Notes: generated from the letters alone by a model not told the origin. 35,268 nucleotides of DNA from an uncultured Candidatus Saccharibacteria bacterium (GCA_964553275.1 CAZKKG010000001.1:102993-138260), one strand, 5' to 3'. Positions 9,640 through 19,214 are shown, counted from the first letter of the stretch. Made by a program: numbers and translations.

Positions 9640-9766
9640 TAAGATGATTATAGCGCTTTTTCTATTTGTGGAAAAATCATTTGACTTAATCTCTTGATTG
9701 ACTTATTATGTATGTAGGCTTATGGAAAGCCTTTATTTTATCTACAACGAGCTTCTAAAAAAGGGA

Positions 9767-10819
9767 ATGAAAGGATTAAAAGACACACAAGACACCTTAA
9801 AAAGGAGATGTAGTTTTCCTTTTATTTGTTTATTAAGAAATAGAAGAACCTTGCTGCTGCTTGCCCTTATAGCGGCCTTTTTGTTAGCTCTTAATGTCTT
9901 TCCGTCCTTGCTAAAGAAGGAACAAAAGATAGTTTTTCTCTCGGATTTAGTTTTCCCTTTTGAAAAAGAAAATGCAGAAAAACTGTTTTTATCCCCAAAC
10001 GTTTGCGAGAGAGAGTATCCTGATTTAAACTTGATGCAAGAAAATTCTTTAATGGGATTTTCCTCTCCCCTATTGATGGATTCCGAGGTATTAGCAACGA
10101 TGTCCCAAAACGACCTGGAAATTTCAAAGGAGATTATAGAGTATGTTATTAAAGAAGGAGACAGTTTGTGGTCTATTGCCCAGAAGTTTAATATTTCAAC
10201 CGATACGGTCGTTTGGGCAAACGATATTAAAAGTGCTTTGATAAGGCCGTCCCAAAAACTTCTAATCCTGCCGGTTTCAGGAATAATGCATTTGGTAGAG
10301 GAAGAAGATACGGTCACCGGACTTGCTGAAAAATACAAGACAGAAAAAGAAAAGATTGTTAGCTTTAACGATCTTACGGGGCAGGAGGAGCTCTTCGTAG
10401 GGGAAATTCTTATTATCCCTGACGGAAAAGTGCCTTTCTATTCAAGTATTTCTCCTGTGAGCGCTTTCACGGGTCTTTCCACTAATAACTTCTACGGCCA
10501 AAGCCATTCTTTTCCATACGGCCAGTGTACTTGGTGGGTTGCTCAAAAAAGAGCTATCCCTTCATGGGGGAACGCCAATGATTGGTTAGGCAGTGCTGCA
10601 GCTTCCGGATACGCCGTATGCCGGGGTAGATATTGTATTCCTCAGGTAGGAGCGGTGATATGTCTTGAAGGGCACAGATTATACGGTCACGTAGGATATG
10701 TGGAACAAATAAAAGGAGATAAAGTTGTCTTTTCTGAGATGAACTATATAGGGTTGGGGAGAATGAATTACAGAACTTTGAGAATGGGAAGTTCTCTGAT
10801 AAAGGGATATATATATTAA
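9767..10819 (+). CDS. Membrane-anchored LysM x2 + CHAP peptidoglycan hydrolase (start uncertain; the ORF opens at 9698)
   Basis: TM segment, YVIKEGDSLWSIAQKF and a second LysM; CHAP motifs GQCTWW, GNANDW, GHVGYVE and SEMN. Confidence 0.85.
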   Translation: MKGLKDTQDTLKRRCSFPFICLLRNRRTLLLLALIAAFLLALNVFPSLLKKEQKIVFLSDLVFPFEKENAEKLFLSPNVCEREYPDLNLMQENSLMGFSSPLLMDSEVLATMSQNDLEISKEIIEYVIKEGDSLWSIAQKFNISTDTVVWANDIKSALIRPSQKLLILPVSGIMHLVEEEDTVTGLAEKYKTEKEKIVSFNDLTGQEELFVGEILIIPDGKVPFYSSISPVSAFTGLSTNNFYGQSHSFPYGQCTWWVAQKRAIPSWGNANDWLGSAAASGYAVCRGRYCIPQVGAVICLEGHRLYGHVGYVEQIKGDKVVFSEMNYIGLGRMNYRTLRMGSSLIKGYIY

Positions 10820-10846
10820 ACAAGAATAAGATTTTTGAGGATAACA

Positions 10847-10870
10847 AAAAACAGGCATCAGCCTGTTTTT
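10847..10870. terminator. Bidirectional intrinsic terminator
   Basis: AAAAACAGGC-ATCA-GCCTGTTTTT between convergent genes. Confidence 0.8.
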
Positions 10871-10893
10871 ATATTAATTGAAAGTTTTTATTC

Positions 10894-11286
10894 CTAACAG
10901 GTATTCTTTTGAGAACTTCCTTTCTTGTATTCAATACAAAACCTTGCCTCGGGACAAGCCTCAAGCCTTTTTATCTGGATCTTCTTTCCACATTTTTCAC
11001 AGATTCCGTATATTCCTTTTTCTATCTTTTCCAAAGCTAAATTAATATTTTTTAATTTAATTTCCAAGCTGTGTTCAATAGAAAGACGCGTTGAATATTC
11101 TTCCACTTGGTCTGCGGATACTTCTGCTGTTTCTCCTCCTGCTTCCTTATTGAATTTCGGGAAACGGCTCTTCCAATTTCCCTTTATCTTGGAATCTTTG
11201 ATAGCAAAAGTCTTGAGCTCCTTTTCAATATTTCTCCCTTCTTTTAATAGAGTTTCTTTAAATTTTTCTAACAGTTTTTTATTCAT
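10894..11286 (-). CDS. DksA/TraR-family zinc-finger protein
   Basis: Coiled coil, then LALEKIEKGIYGICEKCGKKI...RLEACPEARFCIEY. Confidence 0.85.
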   Translation of the reverse strand: MNKKLLEKFKETLLKEGRNIEKELKTFAIKDSKIKGNWKSRFPKFNKEAGGETAEVSADQVEEYSTRLSIEHSLEIKLKNINLALEKIEKGIYGICEKCGKKIQIKRLEACPEARFCIEYKKGSSQKNTC

Positions 11287-11299
11287 AATTTTTCGAGAA

Positions 11300-12739
11300 T
11301 TATCTTTGATACACTTCATTTAACTTCTTTTTTGTAGCTTCGTCAACTATTCCTGTCCCTTCGACGTACCCCCAAGGCTTTAAGATTTCTTCACTGTATT
11401 TTTGCTGAAATCTTTTGACGGCTATTTGGCTCAAAGAACCGTAATATCCGGTAACTATTCCCTCGGGATATATTTTAATATCTTTTGCCAGCCAATTCTG
11501 TAATATTTCAACTTCAGTTCCTCTGTCGCCTTTCTTCAGTTCCTTGGTGATTTCGACTTTATGGTCAACTAATTCTATCATGCTCTTTTGGGAAGTGGTA
11601 AAAATGAAGTAGTCTTTGATTAATCCGTAAGACATTCCGAACCCTTCTTGATAAAAAGTTAGATATTTGTATTTTTGTCCCGAGCGCGTAACAGTTTGGA
11701 AGGAATGCTCCGCCATTAACTTTTCTTTGCCCATTACTTTAAATAGCGGCTCAAAGTCCCCTTTCATCGTCTTCTCCCATAAAAGAAACAATTCTTCTAA
11801 TGCTTCTCTCTTTTTCTTTCCATCCCTTTCATTCATAAGAGAGAAAGGCTCTTTCAGTTTTGTTATAAATGCTATTTGGCTATTTTGAGGAGAGTAAGTG
11901 AGAAGGGTGAAGTCTGTTTCTACATTTTGAAAAAACCATTCAGGGGGTTCTATTTTTAAGATTTCTAAGAATTCTTCTAGATTTACGGTCTTTTCCGTAT
12001 CGATATTGTTGACGATAATCCTACTAAACGATCCTTCGGGCAGTCCGGAATTGAACTTACTTGAAAGAACGGCGGGCATTTCTTCATTCGCGGAAATCTC
12101 TACTACAGAAGTGTTTTCTACTGAAAGCAGAGAGGGGGGAACGCTTATGCTCCCGGGTTCGTCAGCAGGTTCTCCTGCTGGCGGCGGACCTGGTTCGCCA
12201 TTGGGGACAGAAGGAGTCTCATTTAGTCCGAATATATCAAAGCCAAATACCAATATGGCTCCGATAACAGAGAACGTCAAGAGTATTATAATAATTCTGT
12301 TAGCTATTTTTTCAAAAGAGGAAGGCTTGGTTTGAAAAACAGGGCGGAATACGACTTGTTTCTTTTCTTCTTTTTGAGGCAAAGGAGTTTCTTGTTTTGT
12401 CTTTGATTTCAGCATTTCTACAAATTCCTTTCTTTTTTCTTCCTCTTCCTTTGAAGTTTCTGTAAGTTTTTCTATAATTTTCTCTTTTCTGGTTTCTTCT
12501 TGTTTCATATCCAGATTCTCCTTTTGCGCCCTGTCTTGAATTTTCTGCACTATTTTCTGCTCTTTCTCCTGTTCCCGAGCCTTTGCTAAATCTCGTTCTT
12601 CTTTTCTTGCTGCTTCCTTTATTTCTTCTGCGGCCTTTTTCTCTTCTTGGCTGGGAACCAAAGACAACTTCCCGCCGCACCAGCCGCAGAACTTATCGTT
12701 TTCCGAAATCCCTTTTCCGCAAAAAGGACAAGGTTTCAT
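11300..12739 (-). CDS. Membrane protein with N-terminal zinc ribbon, single TM and C-terminal peptidoglycan-binding domain
   Basis: CPFC..FCGWC, a hydrophobic helix, and LKKGDRGTEVEILQ..TGYYGSLSQIAVKRFQ. Confidence 0.8.
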   Translation of the reverse strand: MKPCPFCGKGISENDKFCGWCGGKLSLVPSQEEKKAAEEIKEAARKEERDLAKAREQEKEQKIVQKIQDRAQKENLDMKQEETRKEKIIEKLTETSKEEEEKRKEFVEMLKSKTKQETPLPQKEEKKQVVFRPVFQTKPSSFEKIANRIIIILLTFSVIGAILVFGFDIFGLNETPSVPNGEPGPPPAGEPADEPGSISVPPSLLSVENTSVVEISANEEMPAVLSSKFNSGLPEGSFSRIIVNNIDTEKTVNLEEFLEILKIEPPEWFFQNVETDFTLLTYSPQNSQIAFITKLKEPFSLMNERDGKKKREALEELFLLWEKTMKGDFEPLFKVMGKEKLMAEHSFQTVTRSGQKYKYLTFYQEGFGMSYGLIKDYFIFTTSQKSMIELVDHKVEITKELKKGDRGTEVEILQNWLAKDIKIYPEGIVTGYYGSLSQIAVKRFQQKYSEEILKPWGYVEGTGIVDEATKKKLNEVYQR

Positions 12740-12764
12740 GTTTTTGATAATTATTAATTTAATT

Positions 12765-14585
12765 TTATTCTTGCTTTCCCAGGGGTTTTCCGCAGCTGTT
12801 GCAGAATTTCATTCCCTGCCTGTTTTCCGCCCCGCAATAGGGGCATGACAATGTCTTTGGAACAGGTTTTTCAGCAGGTGCATCGGGAACATTCTCTTGC
12901 CCTTCCTTGAGAACAGTTTCTTTTCTCTGCCCCGTTAATTTTTCATTAATTTGTCCAAGTTTTTGCTTCATCTTGCTTTCGTAAGCTAATATCTTCTGGT
13001 ATTCATCGTCCAATGCAGTTATATCCTTATTTATTTTTTCAATCTCTTTTTCAGAACTCCATTTTTTGGTTTCTATTTCTCTTACTTTTTCTTCTGCCTT
13101 TCTTCTTTCTTTCTCAATATTCCTTTTCTCAGCAGATTCCGTAATCAGCCTCTCTTTATCCTCTATGAATTTTATCTCCTCTTCGAGAGTGTCTTCCTGT
13201 TCTAAGATTCCACCTAGGATCTTCCTATATTCTTGCATTTCTTTATTCAAAGAGAGTTTTTTGGAACTGAGGGGATTCTTTTTTTCTCCAACTTTTTGAA
13301 GTTCCTTCTCAAGTTTTTCTTTTTCCTCCTTAAGGGCTTTAGATTCAAGTTCTCTTGATATTTCTTTCAGCCTTTTGTCCAAGGATTGTTCTTTCTCGGC
13401 TAATCTTTTGTAGTCCTGTTCTATTTCTTTAATCCTTTCTTTTATTTTTTCCTTTTCTTGATCGAGATTCCATCTTGTGTTTTCTATCTCTTTTCTTACT
13501 TCTTCCACCCTCCATCTTTCTTTTTCAACATCTCGTTCTTCTCCAATGTTCCTCTTTTCTTTCTTTTTAAGTTCCTGTTCTTTTTCTCTGATTGTCCTTA
13601 TTCTCTTCTCGGCTTCTTTCTCTTTTTCCTCAACTTCCTTAATGTTTTTATCCATTTCAACCAGCTTTATGCTCAAGGAATTTTTAATAGTTTCCAAAGG
13701 TTTCTTTCTGCTGCCGTATATTTTAATTTCTCCTTCAATTCTCGTCTTTTCTTCTTGAAGGGTTTGCTCTTTTTTTTCTTCCTGCTCCTTTTCTACTTCC
13801 TTTACTTCCTGTTCTTTTTGTTCTTTAGTTAGTTCAATCTTTCTCTTTTCAAATTCTTTCATTTGCTTCTCCTGTTCCACCCTTCTTTGTTTTTCTTTTT
13901 CTTCTCTTTCTTTTTCTTCTTCCAATTTTCTCTTTTCCTGTTCTATTGCTTCTTTCGCCTCCTTTTCAGCTTCTACCCTTATTTTCTTTGCCTGCTCTTC
14001 TATCTGGAGCATCATCATTATCCTCTTTTCTTTTTCTGCCTCTGTTGCTTCGGGTTCCTTTTCCTTTTCGGGCTCTGCCTGTTTTTTTTCTATTCTCACT
14101 TGTTTTTTCTCTTCGGGTTTTTTCTCCACTTTCTTTATTTCTTCCTTTTCTTTTTGAGCCTTTTTTTCTTTTTCTTCTTGCAAAGCTTTTTTGCGGGCTT
14201 CTTCCGCTTTTTTCTTTGCCTCTTTGATTTGCTCTTCCCAAGGCTTTGGAGAAGCGGGTTTTTCTTCTTTTTGAATAGCCATTTTTTCTTTTTCCCGCCC
14301 TAAGGGAACGGGAATTTGTTTTTGAGGAAAACCTTTAATTATCTTTTTTTCAAGCTCAGGCCATTTAACTTCTTTTTTCGGAATTTCAAGCGGTTTTGAC
14401 ACCTTTATTTCCTTTGTTTTTCTTTTCCCAAACTTCGAAAACAATCTCTTCAAAGGAGATAAAGTTTCTTTTTTATCCTCCGGCCTTATTTGCTTTTCTT
14501 CAAGTTCTGCAACATCCTTTTCCATTGTTCTTATCTTGTCTGCTTCTATTTTTATTCTTTCGAAGCCTGATATTTTTTCTTGCAT
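12765..14585 (-). CDS. K/E-rich coiled-coil protein with C-terminal zinc ribbon
   Basis: Long charged heptad-like sequence ending CPYCGAEN..MKFCNSCGKPL. Confidence 0.8.
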   Translation of the reverse strand: MQEKISGFERIKIEADKIRTMEKDVAELEEKQIRPEDKKETLSPLKRLFSKFGKRKTKEIKVSKPLEIPKKEVKWPELEKKIIKGFPQKQIPVPLGREKEKMAIQKEEKPASPKPWEEQIKEAKKKAEEARKKALQEEKEKKAQKEKEEIKKVEKKPEEKKQVRIEKKQAEPEKEKEPEATEAEKEKRIMMMLQIEEQAKKIRVEAEKEAKEAIEQEKRKLEEEKEREEKEKQRRVEQEKQMKEFEKRKIELTKEQKEQEVKEVEKEQEEKKEQTLQEEKTRIEGEIKIYGSRKKPLETIKNSLSIKLVEMDKNIKEVEEKEKEAEKRIRTIREKEQELKKKEKRNIGEERDVEKERWRVEEVRKEIENTRWNLDQEKEKIKERIKEIEQDYKRLAEKEQSLDKRLKEISRELESKALKEEKEKLEKELQKVGEKKNPLSSKKLSLNKEMQEYRKILGGILEQEDTLEEEIKFIEDKERLITESAEKRNIEKERRKAEEKVREIETKKWSSEKEIEKINKDITALDDEYQKILAYESKMKQKLGQINEKLTGQRKETVLKEGQENVPDAPAEKPVPKTLSCPYCGAENRQGMKFCNSCGKPLGKQE

Positions 14586-14676
14586 ATTTTGAAATAGAAA
14601 AATTAAACCTAAAACTGAACAAAAGATATGTTTTTGTTCTTGGGTTCTTTATTTTAACATGTGGGACGAACTTCTT

Positions 14677-16842
14677 TTATTTCTTCTCAAGCTCTGCCTC
14701 CTTTGCAGAAAGATTTATTCTTCCCTGCTCGTCTATGGATATTACTTTTACGGATATGGTATCGCCCACCTTTATTATATCCTCTACTTTCTTAACATGA
14801 AAGGGTCTGAGTCTGGATATGTGTACAAGTCCTTCCTGTCCGGGCAGAACTTCAACAAAAGCGCCGAAGTCAACGACTCTCTTTACCTTGCCCTGGAAGA
14901 CTTCTCCCACCTGAACCTCTCTTGTAATGTTTTCAATCCAATCAATTGCCTTCTTGGCGGACTCCTCTTTTTCTGCGGTAATGAATACTTTTCCCGAATC
15001 TTCAATTTCAATGGAAACTCCACACTTTTCAATAATTTCATTTATTGTTTTTCCTCCAGAACCTATCACTTCCCCTATCTTTTCGGGTTTGATCTGAATG
15101 ATATATATTCTGGGAGCCCAAGGGCTCAAGCTTTCTCTTGGTTTTGAAATTGTCTGTTCCATTTTTTCAAGAATATGGAGACGCGCTTCTTTTGCTCTTT
15201 GAAGGGCTTCTTTTAAAACTTTTTCATTAATACCTGCAATCTTAACATCCATCTGGATTGCGGTAATTCCTTCTTTGGTCCCGGCCACCTTGAAATCCAT
15301 ATCTCCGTAATGGTCTTCGGGCCCCTGGATATCCGTTAGAATTCTGTATTTGTTTTTTTGAAAAGATTCAGAAACAGAAGGTTCTTTGGAGTCGGTAACC
15401 AAACCTAAGGCAATACCGGTGGCGAGCCTTTTAATAGGAACGCCTGCATCCATTAAAGCCAAGCTCGAGCTTGAAACTGATGCCATACTGCTCGAACCGT
15501 TTGAAGAAAGGATTTCTGAAACTATTCTCAAGGTGTATGGGAAATCGTCTACGTCTGGAATGAGGTTCGCTAAAGCTTTTTCTGCCAACATGCCATGCCC
15601 TATTTCTCTTCTCCCGGTTCCTCTGAGAGGCCTGACCTCTCCTACGGAATATGGGGGGAAGTTGTAATGGTGCATAAACCTTTTCTTGCCGATAAACTCC
15701 ATTCCTTCAATCAATTTAGAATCCCGAGGAGACCCCAAGGTTAAAATGGAGAGGGATTTTGTTTCTCCTCTCTGAAAAACCCCCGAACCGTGGGTTCTGG
15801 GAAGAAAACTGACGTCGCAGGAAATATCCCTCACCTCGTCAATCTTTCTTCCGTCGGGTCTTCTCTCTTCTCCGGAAGGTTTTTGTATAATATTGTCTCT
15901 GATAGTTTTATCTAAATCCTCTTCAAAGAAATTCAAAGCATATCTTACTTTGCTTTCTTTGTTTGGGTCTTCTGAATATTTCTCTTCAACGGAAAGCGCC
16001 AGAGCTTCTCTCAGTTTATCCACTCCTTCCATGCCCTTTTCTTCGTAGATGGCTTTTTCCATCTTGTTTGATAGAAATTCTTTAATTTCTGATTCCAGCC
16101 CTTCTTCTTTTACGGGTTCCTCTTCCTTTATTTTCTCTTTTGCTGATTTTTGAATAATTTGATTTTGAAAATCAAAGAGTTTTTTAAAATATGGCAGACT
16201 CCACTGATAAGCTTTGCAGACCAATTCCTCGTCCACTTCTTTTCCTTCGGCCTCTATCATGTTTATCAGGAGATTTGAATCCTTCTTGCTTGAAGGGGCC
16301 GTTGCAAAAACCAGATCAAGCTTGCTTCCTTCTCTTTCTTCGTATGTGGGATTGAGGGTGAAATCTTCCTTATCTCCCTTTTTCCCTATTCTCAAAGCAG
16401 CCGTGGGGCCGTTCCATGGGATATCAGAAATGCTTAAGGCGATGGAAGCTGAGATGATTCCTAATACATCGGGATCGTTCTCTCCGTCCCAAGAAAGGCA
16501 TGTTATTATCACCTGCACCTCTTTCTTAAAACCTTTTGGAAATCTCGGCCTTATGATTCTGTCTATCAGTCTCATGGTTAGAATTGCTTCGTCTGAAGGT
16601 CTGTTTTCCCTCCTCATAAATCTTGAGCCGAGAATCTTGCCTGCAGCATAGAACTTTTCCTGGTAATCAACGGTTAAAGGGAAAAAGTCCTGTCCTTCCC
16701 TTTCGCCGCCCATCACTGCGGTTGCCATGACAACAGTATCGCCGTACCTAACCAGACAGGAACCATTTGTTCTCCCTGCAAGCTCATTTATTTTTACTCC
16801 TAATTCTTTGCCGTTAAGGTTTAATTTAAAATCTTCTTTCAT
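14677..16842 (-). CDS. pnp: Polyribonucleotide nucleotidyltransferase
   Basis: FFPLTVDY, RRPDGR, RREIGHG, SNGSSSMAS and DMDFKVAG, plus KH and S1 domains. Confidence 0.98.
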   Translation of the reverse strand: MKEDFKLNLNGKELGVKINELAGRTNGSCLVRYGDTVVMATAVMGGEREGQDFFPLTVDYQEKFYAAGKILGSRFMRRENRPSDEAILTMRLIDRIIRPRFPKGFKKEVQVIITCLSWDGENDPDVLGIISASIALSISDIPWNGPTAALRIGKKGDKEDFTLNPTYEEREGSKLDLVFATAPSSKKDSNLLINMIEAEGKEVDEELVCKAYQWSLPYFKKLFDFQNQIIQKSAKEKIKEEEPVKEEGLESEIKEFLSNKMEKAIYEEKGMEGVDKLREALALSVEEKYSEDPNKESKVRYALNFFEEDLDKTIRDNIIQKPSGEERRPDGRKIDEVRDISCDVSFLPRTHGSGVFQRGETKSLSILTLGSPRDSKLIEGMEFIGKKRFMHHYNFPPYSVGEVRPLRGTGRREIGHGMLAEKALANLIPDVDDFPYTLRIVSEILSSNGSSSMASVSSSSLALMDAGVPIKRLATGIALGLVTDSKEPSVSESFQKNKYRILTDIQGPEDHYGDMDFKVAGTKEGITAIQMDVKIAGINEKVLKEALQRAKEARLHILEKMEQTISKPRESLSPWAPRIYIIQIKPEKIGEVIGSGGKTINEIIEKCGVSIEIEDSGKVFITAEKEESAKKAIDWIENITREVQVGEVFQGKVKRVVDFGAFVEVLPGQEGLVHISRLRPFHVKKVEDIIKVGDTISVKVISIDEQGRINLSAKEAELEKK

Positions 16843-16853
16843 GTTATTTCATG

Positions 16854-17378
16854 TTATTTTAAGAATTTTAGCGACATCTTTCGGAGGAGATATTTTCTTT
16901 GGTCTTTTTCAAGATCAACAAATTCATCGGCTTCCTCCTTGAGTTTTGAAGAAGCCGATCTTCCAAAAGCAATGACTTCCACTCTTTTACCTTGATTTTT
17001 AAGATATTCTACTAATTGAAGAAAATCTCCGTCACCGGAGACAAGGACAATAGTGTCAACGCTTTGACATATCCTTATGGCATCAACTGTAATGCCAACG
17101 TCCCAATCAGCTTTTTTCATTCCTCCGTAATATTCCTGCAACTCCCTCACTCTGGTTTCTATTCCAAGCTTTACCAAGGCGTCAAAGAAGGGTTTCTCTT
17201 CCCCCGTTTTTGTTTTTACCACGTAGGCAAGAGCCCTGATTAGGCTTCTGTCTTTGACCGCCGTTGATAGGATTTCTTTGAAGTTGACTCGAGCTTGGTA
17301 CAGATTCTTTGCAGAATGATATAGGTTTTGAACGTCTATGAGGACCGCTATTCTTTGTTCTTTGTGTGTAACTATCAC
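16854..17378 (-). CDS. NYN/LabA (DUF88) PIN-fold protein
   Basis: IDVQNL, KADWDV, VSGDGDF and ADEFVDL. Confidence 0.9.
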   Translation of the reverse strand: MIVTHKEQRIAVLIDVQNLYHSAKNLYQARVNFKEILSTAVKDRSLIRALAYVVKTKTGEEKPFFDALVKLGIETRVRELQEYYGGMKKADWDVGITVDAIRICQSVDTIVLVSGDGDFLQLVEYLKNQGKRVEVIAFGRSASSKLKEEADEFVDLEKDQRKYLLRKMSLKFLK

Positions 17379-17392
17379 GATATTTAATTTGA

Positions 17393-17659
17393 TTATTTTT
17401 TAAGACCTGTTTTCTTTAATATATTAGCGTATCTTTTTGAGCTTTCTTTATTTAAGTAGTTGAGCAACTTTCTTCTCCTGGCTACCATTGCCAGCAATCC
17501 CCTTCTTGAGTGGATGTCTTTCGAGTGTTTTTTAAGATGAGACAACAATCTCTTAATTTCTTCGCAAAGCAAAGCAATCTGGACTTCGGGTGAGCCGGTG
17601 TCAAGCTTGTGCAATTCGTATTTTTTGATTATCTTTATTTTTTCTTCTGGTGTCAGCAT
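17393..17659 (-). CDS. rpsO: 30S ribosomal protein S15
   Basis: [12 protein letters not shown] and [12 protein letters not shown]. Confidence 0.98.
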   Translation of the reverse strand: MLTPEEKIKIIKKYELHKLDTGSPEVQIALLCEEIKRLLSHLKKHSKDIHSRRGLLAMVARRRKLLNYLNKESSKRYANILKKTGLKK

Positions 17660-17799
17660 AATTTGTGAAGATTAAATAAAAAATTAAACTTGAGAGATTT
17701 TTAATTTTGAAATATTTTAATCTTTTAGTCTTGTTTTTTATCAACTCTATCTTATCTTAATTTCTGAAAAATAGCAAATATCTAGCGTTAACAAATTAA

Positions 17800-17816
17800 C
17801 CAGGGTCAAACCCTGG
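17800..17816. repeat. Short palindrome CCAGGGT-CAA-ACCCTGG (REP-like, or tRNA terminator)
   Basis: Perfect 7-bp arms, with the same core as 5483-5501. Confidence 0.65.
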
Positions 17817-17848
17817 CATGTCCGAACTTGTCTTCTGCTCTTTGCTTG

Positions 17849-17921
17849 TGCCCCGCACAGGAGTCGAACCTGTAACCTTATCCTTAAGAGGGATCTGCTC
17901 TGCCAATTGAGCTAGCGGGGC
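17849..17921 (-). tRNA. tRNA-Lys(CTT), CCA not encoded
   Basis: Acceptor GCCCCGC/GCGGGGC, D arm GCTC/GAGC, anticodon loop CTCTTAA, T arm ACAGG-TTCGACT-CCTGT. Confidence 0.95.
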
Positions 17922-18666
17922 GTTTTACATCTTCAAGTAAATTTACTGGTCGGGGAACTTCTTTAAGTGATTTCCATTCTTTTTGAACAAATTCTGTTTG
18001 AAGTGTAATATCTTTTAAGGCAGCTTTTATCCATCCAAATACACGATGACGCATATCAGTTCCTTTTGGAACTACAATTCTTATTGTCCCGTAATAAAGA
18101 TTGTTTTTCTTATATCCTTTATTGGGAGGTTTTACGAAACTTTTACCAAAATTTTCAAGAGGAACACCAGTTAATTGCGACCAAAATTGTTTTATTTCCT
18201 GTTCATTTTGTTGAGGATAGATATTAAGTTTTGCTTTTAGGTCTTTCGTAGAAACTTTGAAAATTTGGCTAAACCATTTTACCATAAAAAGTATAAAATG
18301 GGGATCGGAATTTGTAACAGCAAAATGATTCGTTTTACTTCCTTCTGACCAATATAAAGCTGCTCCTAAAAAGCGATATGTTTCAAAAGAAAGAGGAAGA
18401 AGAATTTCTTTTTCGGCTTCTTCAATAATTTTCGCTATTTCTCTTTTTCTTCTTTCCTTTTGACTATTTGGACCTCTGGCTAAAAGTAAAACTTGTCTTG
18501 TATAAAGCCGTTCTCGGTCTTTAGGCCCTAAAGGAACATTTATACACCAAAGCCTAACTGTACTTTTCGCTATATCTAACTCTTTTCCTATTTCTCTATA
18601 ACTTAATCCTTTCTTCCGTAATTTAATTGCTTCCTTTTTCAATTTTGAGTATTTTGATTTATCCAT
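17884..18666 (-). CDS. HTH + single-motif LAGLIDADG-like putative endonuclease; the 3' end overlaps tRNA-Lys
   Basis: N-terminal HTH (GLSYREIGKELDIAKSTVRLW), LGAALYWSEG motif and TNSDP. ATG 18666 has an upstream AGGA, and the stop codon lies in the tRNA anticodon loop. Confidence 0.7.
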   Translation of the reverse strand: MDKSKYSKLKKEAIKLRKKGLSYREIGKELDIAKSTVRLWCINVPLGPKDRERLYTRQVLLLARGPNSQKERRKREIAKIIEEAEKEILLPLSFETYRFLGAALYWSEGSKTNHFAVTNSDPHFILFMVKWFSQIFKVSTKDLKAKLNIYPQQNEQEIKQFWSQLTGVPLENFGKSFVKPPNKGYKKNNLYYGTIRIVVPKGTDMRHRVFGWIKAALKDITLQTEFVQKEWKSLKEVPRPVNLLEDVKRPASSIGRADPS

Positions 18667-18686
18667 TTCATTTTTCCTATTTATTG

Positions 18687-18708
18687 CTGCCAATTGAGTT
18701 ATGGAGGC
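18687..18708 (-). pseudogene. Orphan tRNA 5' fragment GCCTCCATAACTCAATTGGCAG
   Basis: 18/22 identical to the first 22 nt of the downstream tRNA-Lys, with the last 12 identical; no matching 3' half seen. Confidence 0.75.
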
Positions 18709-18716
18709 AATACCTC

Positions 18717-19214
18717 TTACCTCATCAATATATCTATTTTATAGTTGTTTCTCCAATTATTATCAGCAATTTCTCTGGTCATTTCTCCGGCCGGTTCCCA
18801 TACGACATATGCAACATCAAAGGGTTCCGAGGAGATTATATCCTTATTGCTGAAAAAGGCAAGAGATATCTTGTCAATTTCCCAGTCTTGAGCGGTAATT
18901 TCTTCAATAAGCTTATCGGTAACTACTTCTATTCGGGAACGATCTACCTTGGGAATAATAACATCATAGGTCTTAATTCTGGCGTATGGGTGGTTAACTG
19001 AGCTTTCTCTCATGACTTCGTAATGTATCCCTTGGATTTTTCCCTCAATGACTTTCTCCGACTGAGGCATATTCTTGATAAAAGAATCGCTTAAAACTTC
19101 TGCAGAAGGCGGGGAAGTGCTTTTGTTTTTAATAATATAAAAAATAAAAGAGGATATAAAGAGAATAAGGGCAATGGATATTGAAACGAGTAAAATTGTA
19201 TTTTTTTTATACAT
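18717..19214 (-). CDS. Hypothetical membrane-anchored protein (165 aa)
   Basis: ATG 19214 follows the upstream gene stop; MYKKN plus a hydrophobic helix, then a soluble domain. Confidence 0.7.
   Translation of the reverse strand: MYKKNTILLVSISIALILFISSFIFYIIKNKSTSPPSAEVLSDSFIKNMPQSEKVIEGKIQGIHYEVMRESSVNHPYARIKTYDVIIPKVDRSRIEVVTDKLIEEITAQDWEIDKISLAFFSNKDIISSEPFDVAYVVWEPAGEMTREIADNNWRNNYKIDILMR

Noticed and set aside
13066-14303. Phe/Ser/Leu-rich plus-strand ORFs and other antisense ORFs in the track
   Set aside because: They are shadows of K/E-rich or well-supported genes on the opposite strand
17849-18708. Intron-split tRNA (fragment as 5' exon, endonuclease inside an intron)
   Set aside because: The downstream tRNA is already complete, the fragment mispairs with its 3' half, and there is no room for a group I/II ribozyme core
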